In this document: piece after piece, positions 37,714 through 49,660 of the stretch
How the letters are laid out: each line of letters starts with the position of its first letter
Position numbering within the stretch: the first letter of the stretch is position 1
From: Octopus sinensis
Lineage: Eukaryota
DNA: 64,000 nt
Assembly: GCF_006345805.1 (NCBI RefSeq)
Contig: NW_021833016.1
Location: 1 to 64,000, forward strand
Direction of reading: 5' to 3'
Position numbers and translations under genes: made by a program
Notes under the pieces: generated by a model
The model's input: the letters and a program-made list of their open reading frames with translations, nothing else
Told to the model about the DNA's origin: nothing
Databases searched by the model: none

Positions 37714-39002
37714 CAAGGGACGTTTATAAGTAATGCCTCTGACGCACTTGCAGTTGTTTGATCAAGCTGAAATTTTGCAGGTGCAATTATTTGTATCTCT
37801 ATAGATGAGGCGGCAAATTACAGCTCTGAACTAATTGTGATTTCTGATTTACAGGTGTTTGAACAGAGTCAAGTGTGAAATGGAGCCTGTTGAGTGTCGA
37901 GCAGTGATCCGGTTTTTGTATTTGAAATGACGCACACCACGGGAGACTTTTGATGAAATGAAAGTAATTATGGTGATGATGCCCCATCATATGACCTTGT
38001 AAAACGCTGGCATCGTGAATTCACACATGGTCGGAACTCTGTGGAAACAGCTCCCAGATCTGGTCGCCCCCTTCTGCCACTGATGAGGCACCTGTCCGTC
38101 AAGTTGAGGCTGCCGTCTTGGAAGATCGACGCATAACTATTCGCCAAATAGCCCATGAGGTCAAGATTAGTACCGGGTCTGTGGAAACTATCATTCATGA
38201 CCATTTGCATATGCAAACGGTGTCTGCCAGATGGATTCCGAGGTTGCTCATGCCTTTCCAGAAGCAAGAACGCGTCGAGTGCTCGAGGGTGAATTTGGAG
38301 ATGTGCCAAGAAGATGAGTCAAACTTTTTCAAAAGTCTGATTACACATGATGAAACCTGGGTCCATCACGATGATCCAGAGACCAAAGCCCAGTCAATGC
38401 AGTGGAAGCACCGTGACTCACCCTCTCCAAAAAAGGCATGGGTGCAGCCCTCCGCTGGCAAGGTCATGCTCACAGTCCTCTGGGTCCAGGACGGAGTAGT
38501 GATGACAGATTTCCTGGCGAAGGGTACCACAATTGCAAGAGCCTATTATTCTTCACTTTTGAGGAAATTAAGAGAAGTTATCAAAATCAAGAGGCGGGGC
38601 AAGATCAGCAAAGGCATCCTCCTCCTGCAGGACAACGCTCTGGTCCACAACTCGCGTGTCGCCAGATCAGAAGCACAGGCGTGCGGCTATGAACTCATCC
38701 CCCATCCCCTTACTCTCCTGACCTTGCACCCTCTGATTTTCCCCTCTTCCCAGCCATGAAGTTGTTTTTGAAAGGAAAACGTTTCTCAGATGATGCAGAT
38801 TTGTTTTCTGAAGTCACGTCATGGTTGAAGGACCAAGCTGGGGTCTTCTACAAAAACCGTCTTCAGAGCTGCATCAAACAATGGGAGAACTGTATACCTC
38901 TGGGTGGTTCCTATGTAGAAAAAGACTAATAACTGTGCCAAGTTTCGTTGCTCTACTGCTATGGGAAGTGGGTCAGGGGCATTACTTATTGAACGCCCCT
39001 CG
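37714..39002 (+). mobile_element. mariner (irritans-like) element, full length, disrupted ORF
   Basis: Same family as 43284-44576. 3' TIR ...CATTACTTATTGAACGCCCCTCG-TA intact, 5' TIR decayed; stops and frameshifts. Confidence 0.9.
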
Positions 39003-39265
39003 TAACTATATTGACAGGAGATTGAGAGAGTGCTGAAGAAAAGGAAATTCTAGAAAGAGATATGTTGTGTATTCCAAAACGAAATTAGTAAGGAAATGTC
39101 TACCAATTCTACTTGTCAGTGTGCAGTTGTAAATTAGGCTCATTTGGGGCGCAATGGGAAGGAGAAACAGTCAGATAATAGTTAGTAGCGTCCTGAAATT
39201 AACATAAGTCATTACTTTTCAAAATGATCTAACACATGAAATATATTTCTCTTGTCTTCCTAAAG

Positions 39266-39445
39266 CCGAATGTCCGACGTCAGCCGGCTATACTTACCAA
39301 CCAGAATTGAGATTGTGTTATCAAATAGGCTCCACGATAACTTCATGGAATAACGCTGCAGACAATTGCAATAAGGATCGAGGACGACTTATTCACATTA
39401 AAAATGATGAAGTAATGAACTATCTAAAAGCACAATTATCACGGA
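39266..39445 (+). CDS. Exon 2: N-terminal half of C-type lectin domain
   Basis: Acceptor TTTCTCTTGTCTTCCTAAAG|. The 180-nt open phase-1/phase-1 exon reads ECPTSAGYTYQPELRLCYQIGSTITSWNNAADNCNKDRGRLIHIKNDEVMNYLKAQLSR (CY...W..A...C...G.L CTLD signature). Donor A|GTGAGC at 39446. Not in the ORF track. Confidence 0.88.
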
Positions 39446-39484
39446 GTGAGCAACATTTTACTATTTAATACACACATGCAACAC

Positions 39485-39560
<76 letters not shown>

Positions 39561-39570
39561 CATATATATA

Positions 39571-39626
<56 letters not shown>

Positions 39627-40851
39627 ATACAAATGTACACATGATATACCTCATATCATAAACTATAACAGATTTAATGTCACTCAAAATTGCAATTTCC
39701 TCCCATTTTGCAAACAAAATTCCGTTTTCCTGCTAATGTTTCTCTGATTTGTACACTATGTTCTGAGTGTTTCTCTTTTTGGGAATACATCAAATGTAAT
39801 AATTTAATTTCATTTATTGTTTAAAGATTTATATTGTCATTTACTGCCAATGAGTTTACAAAAGAAAATGACTTTGCCAGTTAAGAATAACTTAAGTAAT
39901 GATTTATTTTAGATTTTATACTGTTTGTTATACGTAAAAATTCGAATAGAGCGTTGAAACTAAGAAAATATATTTTTTATAAATCGTATTGTTATAAATA
40001 GTTAGAGAATTTAACGTATGAATTTTCTTTTGAATCAATCTTTTCGTTCTATGGAACATCTTTCGGACTACACCCTCTTCAGTATTAATAACGACAGTAG
40101 TATCATGTCGAGTTAGAGTATTGAGTTTCCCTATTACAGATACATTATTGACAATATAAATACAGTCTCAACGAAATAATCCTCCTTTGAATTTTGATTT
40201 TGGTTTTTATCAATACAACATCAATGCTTGTAGGAGAATGCAAGAGTCGATTAAATTAATCAACGAATTCATAATAGTCATCCTTTTAAATTCCAATAAC
40301 TTGAAAGGTTCAGTCTGTTTAGTTTTGAATTCATATGCAAACAGAAGAAATAGATAATTTACTTGCTATATAGCCAGCATTAGACAATAATTTGCGGTTA
40401 ATTTCATTTTATATACGAAGAACATGAAAACATAGTGTATTTTGAAATATTTCGTCACAGTTGCTGAAATGTTCTTGCCGCCAGAATCGACGAAGAGATT
40501 TCAGTATCTAGTTTACTGATGTACGTAACAAGAAATCAATTTAAATTAATATATACGTTAGGTTATGTGATTACTTTGCCATAATTCAAAATTTTTCGCT
40601 AATTTTCCAGTACACTAAAATTACGGCGCACACAAGCAGGTCATATGTGGGTTCTAAGTGTGCTGCGACACAGTGAGGAAAAATATGTACACTGAATGAG
40701 CGTTCATCTTACAGAAGATGGGAGTCGACTGTTTCTCGAAATGCAGTGTATAGTCAAGTATACACCATGTAAACACAAATAAGACAGGATGTCATGAGTA
40801 ATCTGAGCTAAATATCAACAATCACACCAGCAACAACAACAACAGCTAATG

Positions 40852-40902
<51 letters not shown>

Positions 40903-41015
40903 ACTACTACTACTACTACTACAAGACAATATATTTGCTCAAACATGTATCGAATTATAACGAATGTCTTCAAGCTGATTATTAATCAAATTTTTTGTTT
41001 TCCGTTTGTTTTCAG

Positions 41016-41248
41016 CTGCGGCGCATTCAGGTCAGTATTATATTGGATCAAGTAGAGATCTTAACAAGAACGTCTTTGTATGGCAAACTGGAGAAGCACT
41101 AACATATTCTCGTTGGTTTTATCCTAATCCCTCTGGTGGAAATGAACACTGTGTTAGCCTTGTGCCAACCGCAGATTTCGGATGGAATGACATTCCTTGT
41201 CACAACTCGAACATAGGGTGGCAAATATGCGAGATAGTTGTTCTATAA
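41016..41248 (+). CDS. Exon 3: C-terminal half of C-type lectin domain
   Basis: Long polypyrimidine tract + CAG (41013-41015), phase 1. Reads YYIGSS...FVWQTGE...WFYPNPSGGNEHCV...WNDIPC...ICE, TAA at 41246-41248. The three exons total 768 nt, in frame. Confidence 0.9.
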
Positions 41249-41296
41249 ATGTTTGGCAGAACGAAACGTAATTCCACACACACACACACACAAACG

Positions 41297-41345
<49 letters not shown>

Positions 41346-42285
41346 TCACACACACACATACACATACACGGACACACACTATATATATATAAATATTTAT
41401 ATATATATATATATATATACATACATATATATATACATATATACACACACGCGCGCACGTACACACACACGAACGCACGAACACACACTCACAAACCCAC
41501 ACATGCACACACAAATGTAATGTTAACTTTGGTTGTGATTGGTCAGAAATTTACCATTGGTTTCACATCTCTTGTTGCTATTAGTAACACAAGCGATAAA
41601 CCAGATGGAGGCACATAACGTCCTTACTAATGGAGATAGAAGTTTGAAAAAAAAAGTCTTAAACGAAATTCTTCGAGGGGAAAAACCCTTCTTGGTGAAG
41701 TGGAGCTATTTCTCATTGACCAGTTTTAGCTGTGTCCGGACGAGTAGGTTTATGTACGATTTCCGTTCACAAGTCAGTAGGCAAGGAATTCCATCTCTTG
41801 AGCTAGTAATTTTCTCATAAGAGCATCTCACTTTCAAAATTGTGAATACTCACCTAGGGACTTCTGAAATTCAAAAAATGTTTTTATTTTGTCCTCTTAT
41901 GTCGAAAGATTTGCATTGAAAGCATGGAATTCTCCGCTTGCTGACAACTGATGAAAAACCGTATATGAACTGACACAATTAAAATACAAGTGGAAATGGT
42001 CAAGGGGGAATGAATCCGTAGCACCCACAAGATTTTCCTTCGAAGAATGTCGTTTCAGGTTTTTTGTTACAATCCAGACTGACTCATACTGTATTTTTAG
42101 TTCCGTTAGTAAAGTGGTTCCCTGCTTCAAACCAGCAAATCTGATGTGTCACTTATATTAAGAACGGTAATACACGTGAAACTAATTGTAACGTTTTGGC
42201 CGGCCATATCCAGCGACTACGCAAAACATAATTCTTTTAAATATCTTTCAGAGTTTGCATATTGGTACTAATGAACAAGCGACCG

Positions 42286-42531
<246 letters not shown>

Positions 42532-42547
42532 AAGAAAAAATATTATA

Positions 42548-42929
42548 GATACTTGGTGCATCTTATTTGTATCACAATGGAAACGTAATGCAAAAAGTGA
42601 TACTTATAAGATTAAGGATAAAAAAAACCGGATCAACACATCAACCAGTTTCAAAATACAGTCCTGAAATTAGTTATTACGTAATTCAAGCCCGGAAAAT
42701 ATACTTACGTTTCCTTGGAGATACCCGGCAATATATGCTTTCTTACATCTACAATCGTTTGAATGTTGATGATTCAAACATGCTGTCGGATTGAAACATG
42801 TGTAGGATTTTGAGAGGATATTTTTTGGTTGCTTTGTTGATCCGTTTTCTTTTATCCTTATTCTTACATGTATCACTTTTACTTTGCATTACTTTTCCAT
42901 TTTGATACAAATAAAATGAATCAAGCATC
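42548..42929. mobile_element. MITE-like element with ~95-bp imperfect TIRs
   Basis: 42548-42647 is the approximate inverse of 42826-42929; TA at both ends. Confidence 0.6.
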
Positions 42930-43283
42930 TATTTATTTTTCTCCATTTTATTTTATTATCTTTATACTTTATTAGAGTGTTTATACATATATATTGAGAA
43001 CCTTTATTTCAATATACTTGATAAAGCCAGATTGCATCTGAATTGTTATTAGTAATCCCTTACTTATTATGTGGTTTCTATGAAGACTGCTTTGGGTATT
43101 TACTTATGGAATTCTGGGGCGATAAATCATGCTATATAATTATAAGCTAAGAATCAGAAACCAAAAATAGAAAAAAAGTTATGCAAAGATATATATACAC
43201 ATATTTAACTGTGCTCACATGCAAATATATGCATATATTTGTACATTATCATGGGTATGTTATAATCAACCCTCATAGACTTA

Positions 43284-44576
43284 CGAGGGGCGTTCAATAA
43301 GTAATGGCCCTGACCCACTTCCCATAGCAGTAGAGCAACGAAACTTGGCACAGTTATTAGTCTTTTTCTACATAGGAACCACCCAGAGTTACGCATTTCT
43401 CCCATTGTTTGATGCAGCTCTGGAGATCGTTTTTGTAGAAGACCCCAGCTTGGTCCTCCAACCACGACGTGACTTCAGAAATCAAGGCTGCATCATCTGG
43501 GAAACGCTTTCCTTTCAAAAACAACTTCATGGCTGAGAAGAGGGGAAAATCAGAGGGTGCAAGGTCAGTAGAGTAGGGGGGATGGGGGATGAGTTCATAG
43601 CCGCACGCCTGTGCTTCTGATCTGGCGACACGCGAGTTGTGGACTGGAGCGTTGTCCTGCAGGAGGAGGATGCCTTTGCTGATCTTGCCCCGCCTCTTGA
43701 TTTTGATAGCTTCTCTTAATTTCCTCAAAAGTGAAGCATAATAGACTCCTGTAATTGTGGTACCCTTTGCCAAGAAATCTATTATAATTACTCCGTCCTG
43801 GTCCCAGAAGACTGTGAGCATGACCTTGCCAGCGGAGGGCTGCACCCTTGCCTTCTTTGGAGAGGGTGAGTCACGGTGCTTCCACTGCATTGACTGGGCT
43901 TTGGTCTCTGGATCATTGTGATGGACCCAGGTTTCATCCTGTGTAATCAGACTTTTGAAAAAGTTTGACTCATCTTCTTGACACATCTCCAAATTCATAC
44001 TCGAGCACTCGACGCGTTCTTGCTTCTGGAATGGTGTGAGCAACCTGGGAATCCATCTGGCAGACACCGTTTGCATATGCAAATAGTCATGAATGATAGT
44101 TTCCACAGACCCGGTACTAATCTTGACCTCATGGGCTATTTGGCGAATAGTTATGCGTCGATCTTCCAAAATGGCAGCCTCAGCTTGACGGACAGATGCC
44201 TCATCAATGGCAGAAGGGGGGCCACCAGATCTGGGAGCTGTTTCCACAGAGTTCCGACCATGTTTGAATTCACGATGCCAGCGTTTTACAAGGTCATATG
44301 ATGGAGCATCATCACCATAAGTTACTTTCATTTCATCAAAAGTCTCCCGTGGTGTGCGTCCTTTCAAATACAAAAACCGGATCACTGCTCGACACTCAAC
44401 AGGCTCCATTTCACACTTGACTCAGTTCAAACACCTGTGAATCAGAAACCACAATTCGTTCAGAGCTGTAATTTGCTACTTCATCTATAGAGATATAAAT
44501 AATTGCACCTGCAAAATTTCAGCTAGAACAAACAACTGCAAGTGGGTCAGAGGCATTACTTATTGAACGTCCCTCG
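43284..44576 (-). mobile_element. mariner (irritans-like) element, full length
   Basis: TA-CGAGGGGCGTTCAATAAGTAATG ... CATTACTTATTGAACGTCCCTCG-TA; 1293 bp. Confidence 0.95.
43357..44409 (-). CDS. mariner transposase, uninterrupted 350 aa, DD34D
   Basis: WIPRLL, TQDETW, QDNAPVH, YSTDLAPSD; 34 residues counted between the 2nd and 3rd Asp. Confidence 0.9.
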   Translation of the reverse strand: MEPVECRAVIRFLYLKGRTPRETFDEMKVTYGDDAPSYDLVKRWHREFKHGRNSVETAPRSGGPPSAIDEASVRQAEAAILEDRRITIRQIAHEVKISTGSVETIIHDYLHMQTVSARWIPRLLTPFQKQERVECSSMNLEMCQEDESNFFKSLITQDETWVHHNDPETKAQSMQWKHRDSPSPKKARVQPSAGKVMLTVFWDQDGVIIIDFLAKGTTITGVYYASLLRKLREAIKIKRRGKISKGILLLQDNAPVHNSRVARSEAQACGYELIPHPPYSTDLAPSDFPLFSAMKLFLKGKRFPDDAALISEVTSWLEDQAGVFYKNDLQSCIKQWEKCVTLGGSYVEKD

Positions 44577-45305
44577 TAAGTAACTAGAAGGTTTATAACT
44601 CTATTTAAGAATATTAACAACTTAGAGGGGATAAGAGGTTTATTGGTAAAAGTATCAAAATAAGAAAACAAATTAAGAAATTATAGAGACTTGTGAGATA
44701 ATATTTATAACTTACACTTTACAGAGACAGAGTCTTAAAATTTGAGGAAGGGGAGAGATAAAGATAATCCCACAGAAGTAATAGGTATGGTAGTAGTGAG
44801 AGTAGTAGGGGGTATTCAAAGCGAAGGGATATTTTATATGTTATAAGGTTACCTTTGTTATTACATACATGATTTTATAGTTTCACAGGGGTATATAATT
44901 TGGAGGCTTACTCACATAAAAGCCATTACATAATACATAATATGATTAGTAGGGTAGAACATCATAGAAAGGAATAAATAATTTAATCACCAAAAACATG
45001 ATGAAGTCAGACTAACTAGGTAGGATTATTCAAAGGACAGTAACTACATATAGCATAACATAGTATATGCAATGCACTTTAATTCATCATATATCTCAAT
45101 ATCCCATGATTTTATTATATATAATACTCGGGGGTAAGTTCACATCAGATATGAAACTAAAAATTAATTTCCCCAATCTAGGTTGAAGTATAGCTCCTTC
45201 AAACGCTAATTTCGAAAATATTTAAATGCACAGGTGACTCTATGTACGCATGGTAGCCTTAGGTCTAATTATTATTAATCAGGCAAAATTCGTTTCCACT
45301 TTCCT

Positions 45306-45560
45306 TCAGTTCCCAAATCTTGCTGGATAAGGATGTACAATTGAGCCAATGTTTGAGCTTAAAAGATTTTTTTTAATATTTATTGAACATCCTATATATA
45401 TAAAGTTACCAGCTACAGTTGTGATTGTATTCTTATGGATTACGATTTGGATTAGACATCGGCCTATTAATGGACAGTGGGGTTTAACTCTACAATTGCA
45501 ACTAGGAGAATTACTACTGTTAATATTATTGATAGTCATACCATTATTATTATTAATATC
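45306..45560 (-). mobile_element. Penelope-like GIY-YIG endonuclease fragment
   Basis: CNCRVKPHCPLIGRCL..VIHK.....FIYIG. Confidence 0.65.
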
Positions 45561-45584
45561 AGTATTATTGCTAATCCATATATG

Positions 45585-45632
<48 letters not shown>

Positions 45633-45689
45633 ATATATATATATGCATGTATACATACATATATGTACATATATATATATATATATATG

Positions 45690-46650
45690 TAATGTAGGAT
45701 AAAATTTTTTCGAAAAAAAAAATTATCAATGGCCAGCATATTAAAAATACCTTTAAAGGTTAAATTATAAACAACTTATAACTAAGGGCAAACGAAAACA
45801 TTCTAATGCCAAATATGCCGAAAATTGGACATAATGTCCATTTACCATATAACTTTTTCCAGTACGCACGCTACTCGAAAAAGGTCAACAGAAATCTCTT
45901 TAAAATTCCATTATTACCATATCGGAGCGATTTCAGGGTTATTTCAAAAAGAATCCTCCCTTCGTCAGTGATACATGGGGCAAAGAAGTAAATGAGATAC
46001 TTACTCATACCCATGGAAGAAGCAAACACTAAGTCATGAACACAAAGTACCCCAAATAAATCCAAAATAGAAATACTCCGGCCCATTCAAGATACGTGCG
46101 ATTTGAACTGAGGCACTCACAGAGTGGGAGAGTCCGGAAGTGAACACTAAATTTATATCTAATGTAGGATAAAATTATTTCGAAAAAAAAAAATGTTATC
46201 AATGGCCAGCATATTAAAAATACCTTTAAAGGTTAAATTATAAACAACTTATAAATAAGGGCAAACGAAAAAAGTTCTCATGCCAAGTATGCCAAATTTT
46301 TTCGTTTGCCCTTATTTATAAGTTGTTTATAATTTAACCTTTAAAGGTATTTTTTATATGCTGGCCATTGATAAAAAAAATTTTTCCGAAAAAACTTTAT
46401 CCTACATTAGATATAAATTTAGTGTTCACTTCCGGACTCTCCCAATCTGTGAGTGCCTCAGTTCAAATCGCACGTATCTTGAATGGGCCGGAGTATTTCT
46501 ATTTTGGATTTATTTGAGGTACTTAGTTGTGTTCATGACTTAGTGTTTGCTTCTTCCATGGGTATGAGCAAGTATCTCATTTACTTCTTTGCCACATGTA
46601 TCACTGACGAAGGGAGGATTCTTTTTGAAATAACCCTGAAATCGCCCCGA
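45690..46650. mobile_element. Penelope-like terminal repeat (~470-bp unit) with fold-back inversion
   Basis: 45690-45830 repeats at ~46160-46298; arms ~45922-46272 and ~46297-46650 are near-perfect inverted repeats. Confidence 0.8.
45916..45972 (-). ncRNA. Type I hammerhead ribozyme, apparently intact
   Basis: ATCA-CTGACGA-AGGG...CCCT-GAAA-TCG-CTC-CGA-TA-TGGT: all three stems pair, core complete, AUA cleavage triplet. Confidence 0.8.
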
Positions 46651-46939
46651 GAGTTATTTATGTTTAACAACTGAAAGAATTTAATAAAGGCATCTAAATA
46701 TGAAACATCATGAAAGTTGTTCAAATTGAAGTTCTTCTTGAGCGTCACATTTTTCCATTTGAGACAATAGGGGATTTCAGATTGTATTTATGGAATCTTG
46801 ATTTACTGTCGGGTGAATTTTTGGCCAACCCTGTACTCACACACACACACACACATATTTATACATATAAATATATATACACACACACTCTTACACACAT
46901 TTATATATACAAAATAATATGAGAGAACAGAGAGGTAAT

Positions 46940-47399
46940 TAATAAATTACTATTCATTAATAAAAAATCTGACAAACATCCCTTACAAATGTTTCAATTG
47001 AGACCCTCAAAAAATTAATTAATCAAATTAAAACTTATTTGTAAGTCGAATCTCTTCAGATGTAGATACCTACCTCTGATTGTCAATTTTTTTTATTGAA
47101 AAATAACAATTTATTTTTTACTTCTATTCTCTCATCTTATTGTTATAATAAATAAAAAATATATAAACCACGGTTTATATAGTTACCTTGAAGTTGAGTA
47201 TTAATGTTCATTACTCTTTGTATAGGTAATTAGCCAGAACCTTCGATGTATTCTGCTATCGCTGAATGAGGTTTGTAACCTTTAATTGTGCTTCTGTTAT
47301 ATATTTTTGTCTCTGCTTATTTTCCCTTATTCTTTTCTGATGAGAGCGAAGATTGTTGTTCATACACCAGTCTTCGTCGTTTATTTTTCTATCAATTCC

Positions 47400-47400
<1 letters not shown>
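46940..47400 (-). mobile_element. Penelope-like terminal repeat fragment with degenerate hammerhead
   Basis: Minus strand CTGAAGA-GATT...AATT-GAAA-CATTTG-TA at ~46975-47058. Confidence 0.45.
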
Positions 47401-47471
<71 letters not shown>

Positions 47472-47561
47472 AAAAAGGACAAATAAACACACACACATAT
47501 ATATATATATATGTATTATATGTATATATGTATGTGTATATATGTATATATATATATATAT

Positions 47562-47638
47562 ATAATTTAATAAATAAAATATATGCATACATACATACAT
47601 ATATGTACGTACCTACATCTACATGTATATATACATGC

Positions 47639-47681
<43 letters not shown>

Positions 47682-48548
47682 AATACAGGACACCACAAAT
47701 AAACGTAGAACACAACGAGAAACGAAAGCATAAAAACAACTAGGAAACGGACTTTTTTTAACAATGAAAAACAGAGTACAAGACAAACAATACAAGGAAT
47801 ATTCCCCTTCATCAGCTGTCCCTGGATTGACTCAATGCGTGTTTCGAAGGTAAGGACAGAACACGCCCCGACGAACTAGTCCTTCCTGCGAAAGAATTAA
47901 AATAAAATTCCTTTGCAGAGGGGTAAAAACAAAAAAAAAACAAAAAACATGACAAGAACAGGACGTAAAAGCAATACAAATAAAATACAATTACAAATAG
48001 AAAATAAAAATACAAGTCCAAAAAAATACAGTACACATGAAGAATAGAAACAGGACAAAAAAAAAACAAAAAACATGACAAGAACAGGACGTAAAAGCAA
48101 TACAAATAAAATACAATTACAAATAGAAAATAAAAATACAAGTCCAAAAAAATACAGTACACATGAAGAATAGAAACAGGACAAAAAAAAAACAAACATT
48201 AAGGGCTGTCTTTTAAGCCTAGACGATGGATACATTCAGATTCGCAGGAAGGATTGTCGACGAGTTGTGTTCTGTCCTTACCTTCGAAACACGCATTGAG
48301 TCGATCCAGGGACAGCTGATGAAGGGGAATATTCCTTGTATTGTTTGTCTTGTACTCTGTTTTTTCGTTGTTAAAAAAAGTTCGTTTCCTAGTTGTTTTT
48401 ATGCTTTCGTTTCTCGTTGTGTTCTACGTTTATTTGTGTTGTCCTGTAATCACATATATATATATATATATGCATGTATATATACATGTAGATGTATGTA
48501 CGTACATATATGTATGTATGTATGCATATATTTTATTTATTAAATTAT
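47562..48548. repeat. Inverted repeat (arms 47562-47892 / 48241-48548) around a 126-bp tandem duplication
   Basis: Arms are reverse complements including their microsatellite parts; spacer unit starts at 47929, 48055 and 48181. Confidence 0.85.
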
Positions 48549-49399
48549 TGTATGACTGAGCACCATCTGGTCGTTTCGTTTCTTTTCTCCAAGTAAGTTT
48601 ATATATATATATATATATATATATAGTTAATCACACCACATTTTTACTCTTAAAAATATTTTCATTCTAATTAAACAGCTACTCCTGTAGCTTTTTGAAG
48701 CGCACACACCAACTGCTTTTCATGCAATATCCATATCTCACACCTCACTGCCAGTGAGCTTCGCTAGGTTTTCCATTCTCACATTTTGTTTCACCGAGGC
48801 ACTGACCTTTTCGATATCCACAATAAAATTCTTTGTCAACAAATTTATTGAGTTGTTTTTTTGTTTTTTCTTTTTGAAGTAGTTGTATCTCATATATTGG
48901 ACTTATGTAAATATATGCGTACAACCACACACGCACGCACGCATACATTCACATACACACACGCGCGCGCGCATGAATATATTATATGCAGATAATTTCT
49001 CTTTCGTACGACGTCGAAATAGAGCATCACTGGTTTTGCAAGCGAAGGCGTAAAACTAATTCTTGGTGGTCACGTGACTGTTTAAAGCGTGAGCAGTATG
49101 ATTTTAGCGCGCTTTTTACTGTGTGGACGGACTATAAAGACTATTAGTGAACATGTTGCAGAGTTGCCTCCTGCTGGAAACCGATGTGAAAGGGTGGTTC
49201 GAAGTCTGCTGGAAGACCATGTGCGACATTGACGTGTGATGTGCTGAGAAACCGATGCGAGTGGTCTTATGATATAGTCGGTGCCATGCAATTGATGTGT
49301 GCGATGATGCCGGACAAATTCGTGTGGTGCCGTTGACACACTATTTGGTGTCGAGTGTGAAGTTGGCTTCGGTAATTAATGTGAACAGTAAACTTGTCA

Positions 49400-49650
49400 A
49401 AATAAAGAATGCGGAATTGTACCGTGAATTTGGAAGTAACAAAAGAATCTAGTCGAAAAAACAAAGGATTAAAAAATGAAATAGAAATTAGATCATTATA
49501 CTGGTGAATAAAGGAAGAGCTCACCGAAAGAGGTCTAAACATTTCAGAGGTAAATAAAATTATTCCCTAAAAACTCGAAACTAAACGCTCGTCGTCTCGA
49601 CAAATATACACCATTTAAAAATCTCTTATAGTTATTTTCTGTGAATTGGA
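49400..49650 (+). mobile_element. Possible LINE ORF1 (gag-like) relic
   Basis: EIRSL...IKEELTERGLNISEVNKI resembles Jockey/I-type ORF1; interrupted by stops. Confidence 0.25.
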
Positions 49651-49660
49651 GCTTCTTTAC

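Noticed and set aside
41560-42280. Short ORFs downstream of the lectin stop as a further gene or transposase
   Set aside because: No recognisable motif in any frame; may be 3' UTR or an old repeat.
47337-47385. CTGATGA followed by a strong hairpin
   Set aside because: The hairpin is followed by GTTT rather than GAAA, and stems I and III are absent.
49326-49360. TGGTGCCG / TGGTGTCG as an LTR primer-binding site
   Set aside because: Short match with no adjacent TG...CA LTR and no pol remnants.
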